DNA of 48,130 nucleotides, taken from contig JANNWY010000182.1 of the NCBI GenBank assembly GCA_031409335.1, positions 1-48,130 on the forward strand, in the 5' to 3' direction. The position numbers were made by a program, and so were the translations under genes. This document shows, piece by piece, positions 37,135 to 46,580 of the stretch. The number at the start of each line of letters is the position of its first letter. Position 1 is the stretch's first letter. The notes beneath the pieces are model-generated. The model saw only the letters and a program-made list of their open reading frames with translations, was not told the origin of the DNA and ran no database searches. The stretch comes from Chthoniobacteraceae bacterium (GTDB lineage Bacteria > Verrucomicrobiota > Verrucomicrobiia > Chthoniobacterales > Chthoniobacteraceae).

Positions 37135-39405
37135 TCACATGAGCTGATAGGCATCCACGTCCACCGTCACCACGACATCCTCGGGGAATGGCAGCTTGTC
37201 GAGCACGGCACGGAGGTGGCGGCTGAGTTTCAGGATCGCACGGGTGCGGAGCATGAGTTGGAAGCGGAAGTTGCCGTGGGATTTTTCCAGTGGGGCGGGC
37301 GCGGGTTCGCTGAGGGTGGTGCCGGGCGGGAGGGATTCGGCGAGGCGGCGGTGCAGGGTTTCGGTGGAAAAACTGGCGCGGGCCTCGTGCGGGGAGCGGA
37401 TGTGGATGATGATGAGATGGGTGAAGGGCGGGTAGTCCCACTGTTTGCGGAACTCGATTTCCTGTTCCCAAAATCCCTCGAAATCGTGATGCCGCGCGAA
37501 CTGGATGGCGGGGCTGAACGGCGTGAAACTTTGCACGAAGACCTCGCCTTCCACGTCGCCGCGGCCGGCGCGTCCGGCGACTTGGGTGAGGAGCTGGAAG
37601 GTGCGCTCGCCGGCGCGGAAATCGGGGAGGTGCAGGGCGAGGTCGGCGTTGATGATTCCGACGAGGGTGACGTTGGGAAAGTGCAGGCCTTTCGCGATCA
37701 TTTGCGTGCCGACGAGGATGTCGATCTTGCCGGTGCGAAAGGCGCCGAGCGTTTCGCGATAGGAATCGCGCCGCGTCATCGCGTCGGCGTCCATGCGTTT
37801 CACGACGGCTTTGGGAAAGAGTTTGCTGACGGCGTCCTCGACTTTTTCGGTGCCCGTGCCGCTGTAGCGGATCGCGGGATCTTTGCACTCGGGACACTTC
37901 GATGGCGCGACGGCTGCGTAGCCGCAGATGTGGCAGACGATGCGCGCGGCGGTGCGGTGGAAGGTGAGCGAGACGGAGCAGTTCGGACACGTGCAGACAT
38001 GGCCGCAGGTCGGGCAGATGAGCGAGGTCGAAAAGCCGCGGCGGTTCAGGAATAGGATCGTCTGCTCCTTCTTTTCGAGCCGGACGTTGATCGCCGTGAT
38101 GAGTTTCTCCGAAAGGATCGCGGACCTTTTCACCGACTCCATCCGCAGGTCGATGATGCGGATGAGCGGCATCTTTTTGTCGTCCACGCGCAGCTTCATG
38201 TTCAGCAGTTCGTATTTGCCGAGCGTCGCGTTGTGGTAGCTCTCCATCGACGGCGTCGCGCTGCCGAGCAGGCACGCGCATTTCTCCATGCTCGCGCGCA
38301 GCACCGCGATGTCGCGCGCGTGGTAGCGCGGCGTTTCCTCCTGCTTGTAGGAATTCTCGTGCTCTTCATCGACAACGATGAGCCCGAGATTTCCGCACGG
38401 CGCAAAGATCGCCGACCGCGCGCCGATGACGATACGCGCTCGGCCATCGCGAATCTTATGCCACTCATCGTGCCGCTCGCCTTCGCTGAGATGCGAGTGC
38501 AGCACGGCGACTTCGTGTTGCGTGGCCGCGAAGCGCGATTTGAAACGCTCGACGGTCTGCGGCGTGAGCGAAATTTCCGGCACGAGCATGATCGCCGACT
38601 GCCCGCGCGCGACGACGAGCTGGATCGCTTGCAGGTAAATCTCCGTCTTCCCGCTGCCGGTCACGCCGTGGAGGAGCATCGGGCGCGGAGTCGCATGGGT
38701 CCCATCGCTCCCATGAGTCCGATGGGACGAAGGGGACTGATGGGACCAATGCCCGATCGCCGCGCGCACACGCTCGAACACGGCGATTTGCTCTTCGTTC
38801 AAAGCCAGCGGAGCTGCCGCGACGAATGTCTCCCGCTCGAACGGATCGCGCTCCACTTTTTCATCCTCGGAAATGAGCAGCCCCTTTTTCACCAGCGCAT
38901 TGATGACTTGATGATTCGCATCGCACTGCTGCGCGAGTTCGGCAACGGCGACCGCCTTTCCCGCCGCGGCGAGAAACTCGACCACGCCCGCTTGCAGCGG
39001 CGCTTTCCCGCGCAGCCCCTCGATTTCCTCCGCGCCGACTTCCCGCGCGAGCCGCGCAAAGAGCTGCTTCTTATGCCCGATCTGCGCCTTGCGAATCACA
39101 TTCGGCAGCACACTCCGCAACGCCGCCTCCAGCGGGCAGCAGTAGTAATCCGCGATCCATTTCCCAAGCTGGATGAGCAGCGGACTCAGGATCGGTTCCG
39201 CGCTCACCACCTCCGCGATCGGCTTCACGCCGCGCGCATCGGTCGTGTCGCGCAGCTCCAAAATCGTCCCCAGCATCGTCCGCGTCCGCACCGGCACGCG
39301 CACGCGCGAGCCGACCTGCAATTGCGCCGCCACCGGCTCGGGAAGCTCGTAATCAAAGGCATTCCCGCCGGAGTCATCGACCATCACGAGGGCGAAACGA
39401 GGCAT
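37135..39405 (-). CDS. priA: Primosomal protein N' (replication restart helicase)
   Basis: GVTGSGKT, LVPEISLT, DEEH, four CxxC pairs, GTQMIAKG, QVAGRAGR. Confidence 0.97.
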   Translation of the reverse strand: MPRFALVMVDDSGGNAFDYELPEPVAAQLQVGSRVRVPVRTRTMLGTILELRDTTDARGVKPIAEVVSAEPILSPLLIQLGKWIADYYCCPLEAALRSVLPNVIRKAQIGHKKQLFARLAREVGAEEIEGLRGKAPLQAGVVEFLAAAGKAVAVAELAQQCDANHQVINALVKKGLLISEDEKVERDPFERETFVAAAPLALNEEQIAVFERVRAAIGHWSHQSPSSHRTHGSDGTHATPRPMLLHGVTGSGKTEIYLQAIQLVVARGQSAIMLVPEISLTPQTVERFKSRFAATQHEVAVLHSHLSEGERHDEWHKIRDGRARIVIGARSAIFAPCGNLGLIVVDEEHENSYKQEETPRYHARDIAVLRASMEKCACLLGSATPSMESYHNATLGKYELLNMKLRVDDKKMPLIRIIDLRMESVKRSAILSEKLITAINVRLEKKEQTILFLNRRGFSTSLICPTCGHVCTCPNCSVSLTFHRTAARIVCHICGYAAVAPSKCPECKDPAIRYSGTGTEKVEDAVSKLFPKAVVKRMDADAMTRRDSYRETLGAFRTGKIDILVGTQMIAKGLHFPNVTLVGIINADLALHLPDFRAGERTFQLLTQVAGRAGRGDVEGEVFVQSFTPFSPAIQFARHHDFEGFWEQEIEFRKQWDYPPFTHLIIIHIRSPHEARASFSTETLHRRLAESLPPGTTLSEPAPAPLEKSHGNFRFQLMLRTRAILKLSRHLRAVLDKLPFPEDVVVTVDVDAYQLM
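38694..38752. repeat. Short-repeat palindromic insert, in frame within priA
   Basis: tcccat x2 facing atggga x2; encodes low-complexity HWSHQSPSSHRTHGSDGTH just before Walker A. Confidence 0.6.
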
Positions 39406-39484
39406 CGCGCGAAGATGCGGAGGCACGCTTTTTTGTCGAAGTTTTTCCGGTGACAGGCTCGGAGCGCGGTGTAATACACGGAGC

Positions 39485-40057
39485 ATGATCGCCGTCCTCG
39501 AAGACCCCGCCATCCGCGCCCGTCTCACCATGACGACGGTCGAGCAATATCACCGAATGTATGAACTCGGAGTGATCGCGGAAAACGTGGAACTGATTCG
39601 CGGCAGCCTCATCGAAAAAATGTCCCAATCTCCCCTGCACGCTTCGATCGTGGAATTGCTTCGCGAACACTTGGTGAACCTGCTGGTCGGGAAATCGATC
39701 GTGCGGCAGGAAAAGCCGCTCACGCTCGCCGATTCCGAACCCGAACCCGATTTAGCCGTCGTACATGGCACCCGACGCGAATTTCTTTCCGGTCATCCGA
39801 CGACGGCGGAACTGGTCGTCGAGGTTTCCGTGAGCAGTGAACGCCTTGATCGCGCGAAGCTGGAAATCTACGCCGAGGCCGGGGTGCGCGAATGCTGGCT
39901 GCTGCTGGCCGAGGAGCGGATCATCGAACGGCATACCGATCCGCAAGCAGGCGCCTATCGGCAGGTGGAACGCGCGACGTTTCCAGCAACGCTGGAGAGC
40001 ACGGTCATCCCCGGTTTGAAGATCCCGCCGAATGGGTTGTTCCCGGAAACACCATGA
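39485..40057 (+). CDS. Uma2-family PD-(D/E)xK endonuclease
   Basis: TVEQYHRM...VELIRG, SEPEPDLAVV, LVVEVS, DR.K..YAEAGV. Confidence 0.9.
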   Translation: MIAVLEDPAIRARLTMTTVEQYHRMYELGVIAENVELIRGSLIEKMSQSPLHASIVELLREHLVNLLVGKSIVRQEKPLTLADSEPEPDLAVVHGTRREFLSGHPTTAELVVEVSVSSERLDRAKLEIYAEAGVRECWLLLAEERIIERHTDPQAGAYRQVERATFPATLESTVIPGLKIPPNGLFPETP

Positions 40058-40109
40058 CGCCCAACTTTTCTGCGTGTGCAAAGTCCTCACTCTTCGACGA
40101 CTGCGCACC

Positions 40110-40138
40110 TTGACATCGCGCGCCCACTCCCTGACTCT
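40110..40138 (+). promoter_or_regulatory. Possible sigma70 promoter for the leader/MFS transcript
   Basis: Perfect TTGACA at 40110; weak -10 (GACTCT) 17 bp downstream. Confidence 0.4.
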
Positions 40139-40150
40139 GCGCCCCTACCG

Positions 40151-40300
40151 ATGATGCGCCAGACTTCCATGCCTCAACCGAAACCCACGACTCACGTCGC
40201 GTGGCTCGTTGCGTTTGGGCGCATGGAGAAATCCGTCCGCATTTGCGGCAATGCCGCCAAGCGCAACCCATCGCGGGGTTGTTTTCCGATGACTGATTAG
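40151..40300 (+). CDS. Putative attenuator leader peptide (ATG at 40151, 40154 or 40169)
   Basis: Short ORF overlapping alternative hairpins and stopping 26 nt before the terminator. Confidence 0.4.
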   Translation: MMRQTSMPQPKPTTHVAWLVAFGRMEKSVRICGNAAKRNPSRGCFPMTD

Positions 40301-40326
40301 TTCCGCAACTTACAGACCGAAGAAGC

Positions 40327-40359
40327 AACCCTGCCCACCGAAAGGTGGCAGGGTTTTTT
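40327..40359 (+). terminator. Intrinsic terminator/attenuator immediately upstream of the MFS gene
   Basis: AACCCTGCC(C)ACC-GAAA-GGTGGCAGGG-TTTTTT. Confidence 0.85.
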
Positions 40360-40382
40360 GTTTCCAACGGTCGCACCGACCC

Positions 40383-41648
40383 ATGCAAGCCACCACCCAA
40401 CCTCCATCCCTGATCGCCGACCTGCGCGCGCTGCCCCGCGCGTTCTGGATCCTTTTTGCCGGGACGTTCATCAACCGTTTCGGGACGTTCGTCTGGCCAT
40501 TTCTCGCGATCTACCTCACGCGCCAGGGCTACTCGCTCACGGCGGCGAGCTTTGCCGTGAGCGCCTTTGCGGTTGGCGCGCTGTGCGGCGGACTCACCGG
40601 CGGCTGGCTCGCGGATCACATCGGGCGGCGGAATACAATCGTGATGGGAACCTTCCTGTCCGCCGCTTCGTTCATGCTGCTCTACGCCGCAGCGACGCTG
40701 CCCACGATCATCGCCTGCACGTTTTTCGCCGGGTTCACGAGCGGCATTTACCACCCTGCCATCGGCGCGCTGCTGGTCGATATCGTGCCGTCCGAGCAGC
40801 GCGTCCGCGCGTACGCCGCGATCCGCGCGGCGGCGAATGCCGGCTTCGCATGTGGCGCGGCGACCGGCGGCGTGCTCGCAAATTATTCGCTCTTCTGGCT
40901 CTTCGCCGGCGATGCGCTGACCACCGCGATCTACGGCTGCATCGCGCTGCTCTGGCTCCCGCACGGCCTCCGCGCGACGCGCGAAAAAACGGCGCGCTGG
41001 GGCGAATCGCTCCGGCACATCGCGGGCGACCGTCCGTTCCAAGCACTGTGGATTTCCGCGTTTCTCGCCGCGCTGGTTTATACCCAGTTCGCATCCACGT
41101 ATTCGCTCCACATCATTCGCACCGGGCTGACGTTCGACGCGTTCGGTTTCCACCTTGGCCCCGAGATCGTGTACGGCCTGCTCGTCGGTTGGAATGGTGC
41201 GTTTATCATGCTCGGCGAACTGCCGCTCACGTCGGCCACGATGCGCTTCGATCCGCGGCGCGTGCTCGCCGCCGGCTACATTCTCGTCGGCGTCGGCTTC
41301 GCCTTGAATGTCTTCGCGCACTCGATCTTCGCGCTGTGGCTTGCGATGACGATTTTCACCTTCGGCGAAATGATCAGCGCCCCAACGACCAGCGCCCAGG
41401 TCGCGCGCTTCGCACCCGAGCGGATGCGCGGACGCTACATGGGCGCGCTCGGGCTTTCGTGGAATGTCGCGGGAATTTTCGGTCCGCTCGTTGGCTTCCG
41501 CCTAATCGCGCACGATGCGTATTCGCTGTGGCTGCTGTGTGGCGCGCTCGGCCTCGCCGCGGCGTTCACGATCTGGCGCTTTGGCCGTCCGCGCGCGGAG
41601 CCTTTGCTTTCACGCGAACGTCCCGCACCTTCGCCCGCAAGCATCTGA
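40383..41648 (+). CDS. MFS transporter (drug/H+ antiporter-like)
   Basis: About 12 TMs, GWLADHIGRR motif A, FINRFG.FV.PFL, FTFGEM, RGRYMG. Confidence 0.92.
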   Translation: MQATTQPPSLIADLRALPRAFWILFAGTFINRFGTFVWPFLAIYLTRQGYSLTAASFAVSAFAVGALCGGLTGGWLADHIGRRNTIVMGTFLSAASFMLLYAAATLPTIIACTFFAGFTSGIYHPAIGALLVDIVPSEQRVRAYAAIRAAANAGFACGAATGGVLANYSLFWLFAGDALTTAIYGCIALLWLPHGLRATREKTARWGESLRHIAGDRPFQALWISAFLAALVYTQFASTYSLHIIRTGLTFDAFGFHLGPEIVYGLLVGWNGAFIMLGELPLTSATMRFDPRRVLAAGYILVGVGFALNVFAHSIFALWLAMTIFTFGEMISAPTTSAQVARFAPERMRGRYMGALGLSWNVAGIFGPLVGFRLIAHDAYSLWLLCGALGLAAAFTIWRFGRPRAEPLLSRERPAPSPASI

Positions 41649-42694
41649 ACACGCCCGCCACATTTGAAACCCTCCTGCAAGACAACGAGCCGATCCTCGC
41701 GCTCGCGCCGATGCAGGATGTGACCGATCTGCCGTTCCTGCGGCTGATGGCGCAGTACGGCGGCGCGGATCTTTATTGCACCGAGTATTTTCGCGTCCAC
41801 GCCGAGTCGCATTTGGAAAAATGGATTCTGCGTTCCATCACCGAAAATCCCACGGGCCGGCCGATCGTCGCGCAGATAATCGGGAATGATGTGGCGTCGC
41901 TCGTCCGCACCGCGCGCGAGTTGCAGCAGTATCCCATCGCCGCGGTCGATCTGAATCTCGGCTGCCCCGCGCCGGTCGTTTATCGCAAATGCGCGGGCGG
42001 CGGGCTGCTCCGCGAGTTTGCGCGGCTGCACGCGATCCTGCCTGCGCTGCGCGATGCGGTGCGTGGAAAGTTCACGATCAAAACGCGCATTGGCTTTGAT
42101 ACGTTCGACGACTTCGAGGAACTGCTCGCGATCTTCGCGAAATACTCCGTCGATCTCGTCACCGTCCACGGGCGCACCGTTGCCGAGCTTTACCGCAGCG
42201 CGGTCCACTACGACGTCATCGCGAAAGCGGTCGCCGCGCTGCCGTGCCCGGTCATCGCCAATGGCAACATTTTCTCCGCCAAAAAAGCCGACGAAGTGCT
42301 CGCGCTCACGGGCGCGCGCGGCGTGATGATCGGGCGCTCCGCGATTCGCAATCCGTGGATCTTCCAGCAGATCCGCCAGCATCGCGCCGACGTGCCGATC
42401 TTCCAGCCAAGCGGACGCGATGTGCTCGCCTACATCCGCGAGCTTTACGCCGTCACCTTCCTGCCGCTCGTGACCGAGAAGCAGCAGGTGCAAAAGATGA
42501 AAAAGTATCTCAATTTCATCGCGCTCGGCGTGGAGCCGACGGGCCGCTTCCTCCACGCAATCCGCCGCGCGACCACCGAGCCGGAGTTCTTCGCGATTTG
42601 CGCCGATCACCTTTCGCACGATGACCCGATGCCGCTCGAGCCGTTTGCCATCACCTTCGATCGCGCCGACATGCTGGCCGGCGAACACGCGTGA
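41645..42694 (+). CDS. tRNA-dihydrouridine synthase family protein (start CTG 41645 or ATG 41711)
   Basis: LAPMQDVT, DLNLGCP, KTRIG, VHGRT, ANGNI, GVMIGR. Confidence 0.9.
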   Translation: MNTPATFETLLQDNEPILALAPMQDVTDLPFLRLMAQYGGADLYCTEYFRVHAESHLEKWILRSITENPTGRPIVAQIIGNDVASLVRTARELQQYPIAAVDLNLGCPAPVVYRKCAGGGLLREFARLHAILPALRDAVRGKFTIKTRIGFDTFDDFEELLAIFAKYSVDLVTVHGRTVAELYRSAVHYDVIAKAVAALPCPVIANGNIFSAKKADEVLALTGARGVMIGRSAIRNPWIFQQIRQHRADVPIFQPSGRDVLAYIRELYAVTFLPLVTEKQQVQKMKKYLNFIALGVEPTGRFLHAIRRATTEPEFFAICADHLSHDDPMPLEPFAITFDRADMLAGEHA

Positions 42695-42698
42695 AATT

Positions 42699-43418
42699 AT
42701 GAGCCGCGACTTTGAAGAACTCGACTACCGCGAAACGCCGCTCGGGGAATTGACGCTACGCAGGCGGTGCGTGCATTCACTCGGCGGCATCGACGTTTTC
42801 GAGGTGAAACTTGGCGACGCATTTTTGATGTCGAGCCTCTTTCACGAAGTCGAAGTCGCGCTTGCGAATCTCGGCCTCGCCGCGCTCGATGCGGGCGCGT
42901 GGGAGGTCGTGGTCGGCGGACTCGGCCTCGGCTACACTGCGCGCGCTGCGCTCGATCATGCCGCGGTGGATTCGCTGCTCGTCGTCGATGCGCTCGAGGC
43001 TGTGATCGAGTGGCACCAGCGCGGTCTCGTCCCGCTCGGCCCCGCGCTCACCGCCGACCCGCGCTGCCGCTTCATCCACGGCGATTTCTTCGCGCTCGCC
43101 GCGTCCGAATCCGGCTTCGATCCCGCGCAGCCGGGCCGGAAATTTCACGCCGTCCTTTTGGACATCGACCACTCCCCGCGCAACCTGCTCGCCCCGCAAA
43201 ACGCCGCCTTCTACCAACCCGCCGGCCTGCGCGCGCTCGCGGAGCATTTGCATGAAGGTGGCGTCTTCGCGCTGTGGTCCGACGACCCGCCGGATGAGGA
43301 TTTCCTCCGCGCGCTGAAATCCGTTTTCGCGACCGCCACGGCGCAAGTCGTCACGTTTCCAAACCCGCTCCTCGACCGCGAATCCGCCAGCACCGTGTAT
43401 GTCGCAAAGAGAAGGTGA
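42699..43418 (+). CDS. Spermidine-synthase-like SAM-dependent protein
   Basis: VVVGGLGLGYTA, LLDIDHSP, FALWS. Confidence 0.85.
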   Translation: MSRDFEELDYRETPLGELTLRRRCVHSLGGIDVFEVKLGDAFLMSSLFHEVEVALANLGLAALDAGAWEVVVGGLGLGYTARAALDHAAVDSLLVVDALEAVIEWHQRGLVPLGPALTADPRCRFIHGDFFALAASESGFDPAQPGRKFHAVLLDIDHSPRNLLAPQNAAFYQPAGLRALAEHLHEGGVFALWSDDPPDEDFLRALKSVFATATAQVVTFPNPLLDRESASTVYVAKRR

Positions 43419-43485
43419 AAGGCGCGCGACGCCGCGCGGGGACTGACGATCGGCCGCGGGCCGCTCACGGAAATCAAGCGCTGCC

Positions 43486-44304
43486 TCACCCCAGCAGCGC
43501 GCGGATTTCCTCCACTCGCTCGTTGCAAAACATCAGCATGGTCTGCCCGCCATGCGTCCAGGTCGCGAGCGTGCGATCGGCAAACGTGCGCACTTCGGCG
43601 GCTCTCCCATCCGCGGGCGGGTCGGTGAGGCCGCGGGCTGGCGTGCAGAAGAGATGGAGTTCGCGCATTCCGGGCAGCAGCAGGCACTCGAGGCCGACGG
43701 GGTGGCCTTCGATCTGATAGAGATGACAGCCTTTGCGGCCGAGCGCATCCAGCTTCTCGGGCAGCACATCGGCGCGCGGCGCTTGGTTGTCGCGGAGCCA
43801 GTTCACGACGGCGTCTTTCTCCATGCTCATCAGCGAAAGGGTGACGCCTTTTTTCGTGATCGCGGCCAGTTGCTCGCTAAGGCGGCGCAGCGAAAAGGCA
43901 TGGTTTTCACGCCACCACCAGAAGCCACCCGCGGCGATGCTCGCGGCAGCAGCCAGGCTCCAGCCGATCCATTTCCGGCGGGAAAAATCATGCTGCACGA
44001 CCGTGCCCGGCGCGGCGGGAAGTTGCACGGCGTGGAGCATGTCTTCGCGCAGATTTGCCGGGGGCTCGGCGTGGCCGCGGGCGGCGCGCATCGCGGTGAG
44101 GAGCGCGGCCTCGAGATCGGGCGGCGGGTCCACATCGTTCAATCCCTGCTGCATCGCGAGATCGGTCTGCCGCTCTTCTTCCAGATACGCGAGCACCTTC
44201 GCCTCCGAGGCAGCGGCAGCGCGCGCGGCCATGACTTCGGGATCGTTTTCATCCTGACCGGACAGACGCGCTGCGCGCAAAAGCTGGAGTTGTTCTTCGG
44301 TCAT
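43486..44304 (-). CDS. Putative membrane-bound anti-sigma factor
   Basis: Overlaps the ECF gene by 4 bp; helical N-domain, AAAAS-type TM, periplasmic domain with GC..Y, C and HLF. Confidence 0.75.
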   Translation of the reverse strand: MTEEQLQLLRAARLSGQDENDPEVMAARAAAASEAKVLAYLEEERQTDLAMQQGLNDVDPPPDLEAALLTAMRAARGHAEPPANLREDMLHAVQLPAAPGTVVQHDFSRRKWIGWSLAAAASIAAGGFWWWRENHAFSLRRLSEQLAAITKKGVTLSLMSMEKDAVVNWLRDNQAPRADVLPEKLDALGRKGCHLYQIEGHPVGLECLLLPGMRELHLFCTPARGLTDPPADGRAAEVRTFADRTLATWTHGGQTMLMFCNERVEEIRALLG

Positions 44305-44846
44305 ACGGCAGGGGTGAGCAGTTGACGCAGGGCCACTTTCGCGCGGCTCAGGCGCGACATGACGGTGCCCGCGGGCACGCCGAGGATGTCGGCGATGTCG
44401 CGGTAGGACAGGTCTTCGACGTAAAAAAGCGTGAGCACCGAGCGGTGAGGCTCGTCCATCTTCCCGAGCGCTTCCATAGCCGTGTAGCCATCCACGCTCG
44501 CCTCCTGCGCTGAATTCTGCGGGGCTATCGGCGCGAGGTGCGACTCGTCAAATTCCACCGTCTCCTTGGCCCGCCTGCGCAGCAGCAGGAATTCGCGGTA
44601 GAGCGTCGTGTAAAGCCACGACTTGATCGCGCCTTCCTCGCGGATGTCCTGCCACTTCAGCGCGAATTTCACCGCAGTCTGTTGCGTGAGATCCGCCGCG
44701 TCCGCCTCGTGCCCGGTGAGGCTGAGTGCGTAGCGGTAGAGCTGGCGGTAGTAGCGCAGCACCACGGCCTCCAGCCACGCTTGCACGCCAGCGTCATCCA
44801 CGGAGGGCGGACGCGGCGGCAGTGCGGGTTGGGTTTCGTCGGGCAT
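44301..44846 (-). CDS. ECF RNA polymerase sigma factor
   Basis: LYRYALSL..ADAADLTQ, SWLY, SYRDIADILGVPAGTVMSRLSRAK. Confidence 0.93.
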   Translation of the reverse strand: MPDETQPALPPRPPSVDDAGVQAWLEAVVLRYYRQLYRYALSLTGHEADAADLTQQTAVKFALKWQDIREEGAIKSWLYTTLYREFLLLRRRAKETVEFDESHLAPIAPQNSAQEASVDGYTAMEALGKMDEPHRSVLTLFYVEDLSYRDIADILGVPAGTVMSRLSRAKVALRQLLTPAV

Positions 44847-44865
44847 CGGGAAAGGAATCGCGTCC

Positions 44866-45501
44866 TTACTTGCGGCGGCGGTGCAATGCCAGGGCGAGGC
44901 TGGAAAATGTGAGCAGCATTCCCGCGCCGGGCTCAGGCACTGCGGTGATCCGCAGCAGCGGCGTGCCGGGCGCGATGGAATCCGGCCCGGGCGTCAAGCT
45001 GTCCGGGATGACCAGCCGCAGCGGCCCGCCGCCGGCATTGTCGAATTCCGCGATGGCGCCCGCCGTGAGGAAAATATCCGCCCCGGTGAAAATGCCGCCC
45101 GCATTCGCGATGGATGACTGCGAGAAAATGCCCGCGCCAAAATGCAGCGCACCTTGCCCGAGCAAATCCACATCGCTCAGCGTGAGGGTGAGAGTATCGC
45201 CGGGAAGCAACTCTGGCAGCGGAGCGCCGCCACCCGGCACGGGAAACGGCGAGGTTGGCGCATTCAGCCCAAACTGGAAACCCAGCGATGGAATCGTCTC
45301 GACCAATCCACCGACGGCGGAGGTGAGGACGACGTCCGTGATGTCGAGCAGTGAAATTTGCAAAAGCTCGGGCGCGATGCTGATGGAGTCCGCAGGCGCG
45401 AGATTCGTGATCGAAAACTGGATTGGAACGGCGGACACGGAGCCTGCCGCGGTGACGAGCAGCGCAGCGGAAAGCAGCGCGGGAAATTGAGGAAAGTGCA
45501 T
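44866..45501 (-). CDS. PEP-CTERM protein
   Basis: Signal peptide; C-terminal AVPEPG + TM + HRRRK. Confidence 0.85.
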   Translation of the reverse strand: MHFPQFPALLSAALLVTAAGSVSAVPIQFSITNLAPADSISIAPELLQISLLDITDVVLTSAVGGLVETIPSLGFQFGLNAPTSPFPVPGGGAPLPELLPGDTLTLTLSDVDLLGQGALHFGAGIFSQSSIANAGGIFTGADIFLTAGAIAEFDNAGGGPLRLVIPDSLTPGPDSIAPGTPLLRITAVPEPGAGMLLTFSSLALALHRRRK

Positions 45502-45503
45502 TG

Positions 45504-45550
45504 GAAAAAGAGTGCGGGACTGCGCCGCGCCGGAGTCGGCGCAGTCCCGC
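45504..45550 (-). terminator. Rho-independent terminator after the beta-helix gene
   Basis: Minus strand GCGGGACTGCGCCG...CGGCGCAGTCCCGC followed by ACTCTTTTT. Confidence 0.75.
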
Positions 45551-45569
45551 GAGTTGGCTTTCCTGGCGG

Positions 45570-46379
45570 TTACAGATTCGTCGCCGGGATGGTGACGATC
45601 ACGTTGTCGCCATCCACATTCGTCCCGCCCTGCGCGGTAAAGAATTGCGGCTCGCGGATGCCGCCGGTGAAGGAGGCAAGCGTATTGTCGTTAAACATAT
45701 TGCTCACCGAGCCCACGCTCACCGCGATCGCAAAACCGAACCGCGCGATGTGGTTGTTGTAGATGCTGTCGCCGCGCGGGCCGGCCGGATTTGGCGTGCC
45801 GCCAGCGGGCGTCGGCGCGGGATTGTAGCAAATCCCGAGCAGATTGTTCGCCGCCGTCGCACCACCGACGATGATGTTTTTCATCAGCCGATTTCCCGTC
45901 GAGCGCTCGCCGCGCACAAAGACGCCGAGGTTCACCGAAGAGACCGTGTTGCCGACGATGTCGCAGGACCAACTATTGATCAGCAGGATGCCGATCTCGG
46001 TCGGTCCACCGCTCGGCGCGAGGCCGTCGCCGATGATCTGGAGACCTTCCAACTTCACATTCTGACTGTCCGTCAGAGCCACATTCGCATTGAAACCGCT
46101 GACGCCGCCGCCCGTGACCGTGACGCCGCGCGCGCCCTGCACGACGATGCCGCGCCCGGTGCCGCGCGCCGAAGTGGTGACCGTGCGTCCGTTCAGATCG
46201 AGGGTCACATTCGATGCGGTGATGATGATGCCGTCGCCGCTGCCGACGTTGTGATTGTGAAACAGCTTGTAGTTGCCGGGCCGGTTGATCGTCCACTGGG
46301 CGGACGCGGAACTGGCCAGGACGAGTGATGCGACGACCGCGCCAATGGCGGTGAGTGATTTACGGATATTTAGGATCAT
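45570..46379 (-). CDS. Secreted right-handed parallel beta-helix protein
   Basis: Signal peptide; TINRPGNYKL, ASNVTLDLNG, Asn-ladder repeats. Confidence 0.85.
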   Translation of the reverse strand: MILNIRKSLTAIGAVVASLVLASSASAQWTINRPGNYKLFHNHNVGSGDGIIITASNVTLDLNGRTVTTSARGTGRGIVVQGARGVTVTGGGVSGFNANVALTDSQNVKLEGLQIIGDGLAPSGGPTEIGILLINSWSCDIVGNTVSSVNLGVFVRGERSTGNRLMKNIIVGGATAANNLLGICYNPAPTPAGGTPNPAGPRGDSIYNNHIARFGFAIAVSVGSVSNMFNDNTLASFTGGIREPQFFTAQGGTNVDGDNVIVTIPATNL

Positions 46380-46580
46380 GACTGTCGTTTTTTTAGGGTT
46401 GCGATCTCCCGCCCTCCGGCGGCATGAGCTGCCGAAAATGTAAGGCGGGAGAACGCACGCAGAGAGCACCCGGCCAGCGCGGGTATTCCATGCGCCCGGA
46501 ATTATTCACACGATCGGCATCCCGAATTTCCGACTAGCGTTCCCGCGCCGGGCGAGTCTTCTCCCGTGAATTCCTGACTC

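Larger units (their letters stand above)
30426..37547. mobile_element. Genomic islet inserted in priA, with replacement 3' end and TIR-protein cargo; no recognisable integrase
   Basis: Bounded by ~415-bp direct repeats of the priA 3' end; cargo has AT-richer patches and a gene remnant. Confidence 0.7.

Noticed and set aside
39485..40057. Uma2 nuclease as part of the TIR islet
   Set aside because: Lies outside the priA repeats, and Uma2 paralogs are commonly scattered
40358..42694. 778-aa ORF suggesting a long Dus fusion
   Set aside because: The first ~430 aa are an alternative frame over the MFS gene; Dus similarity begins only near 41645-41711
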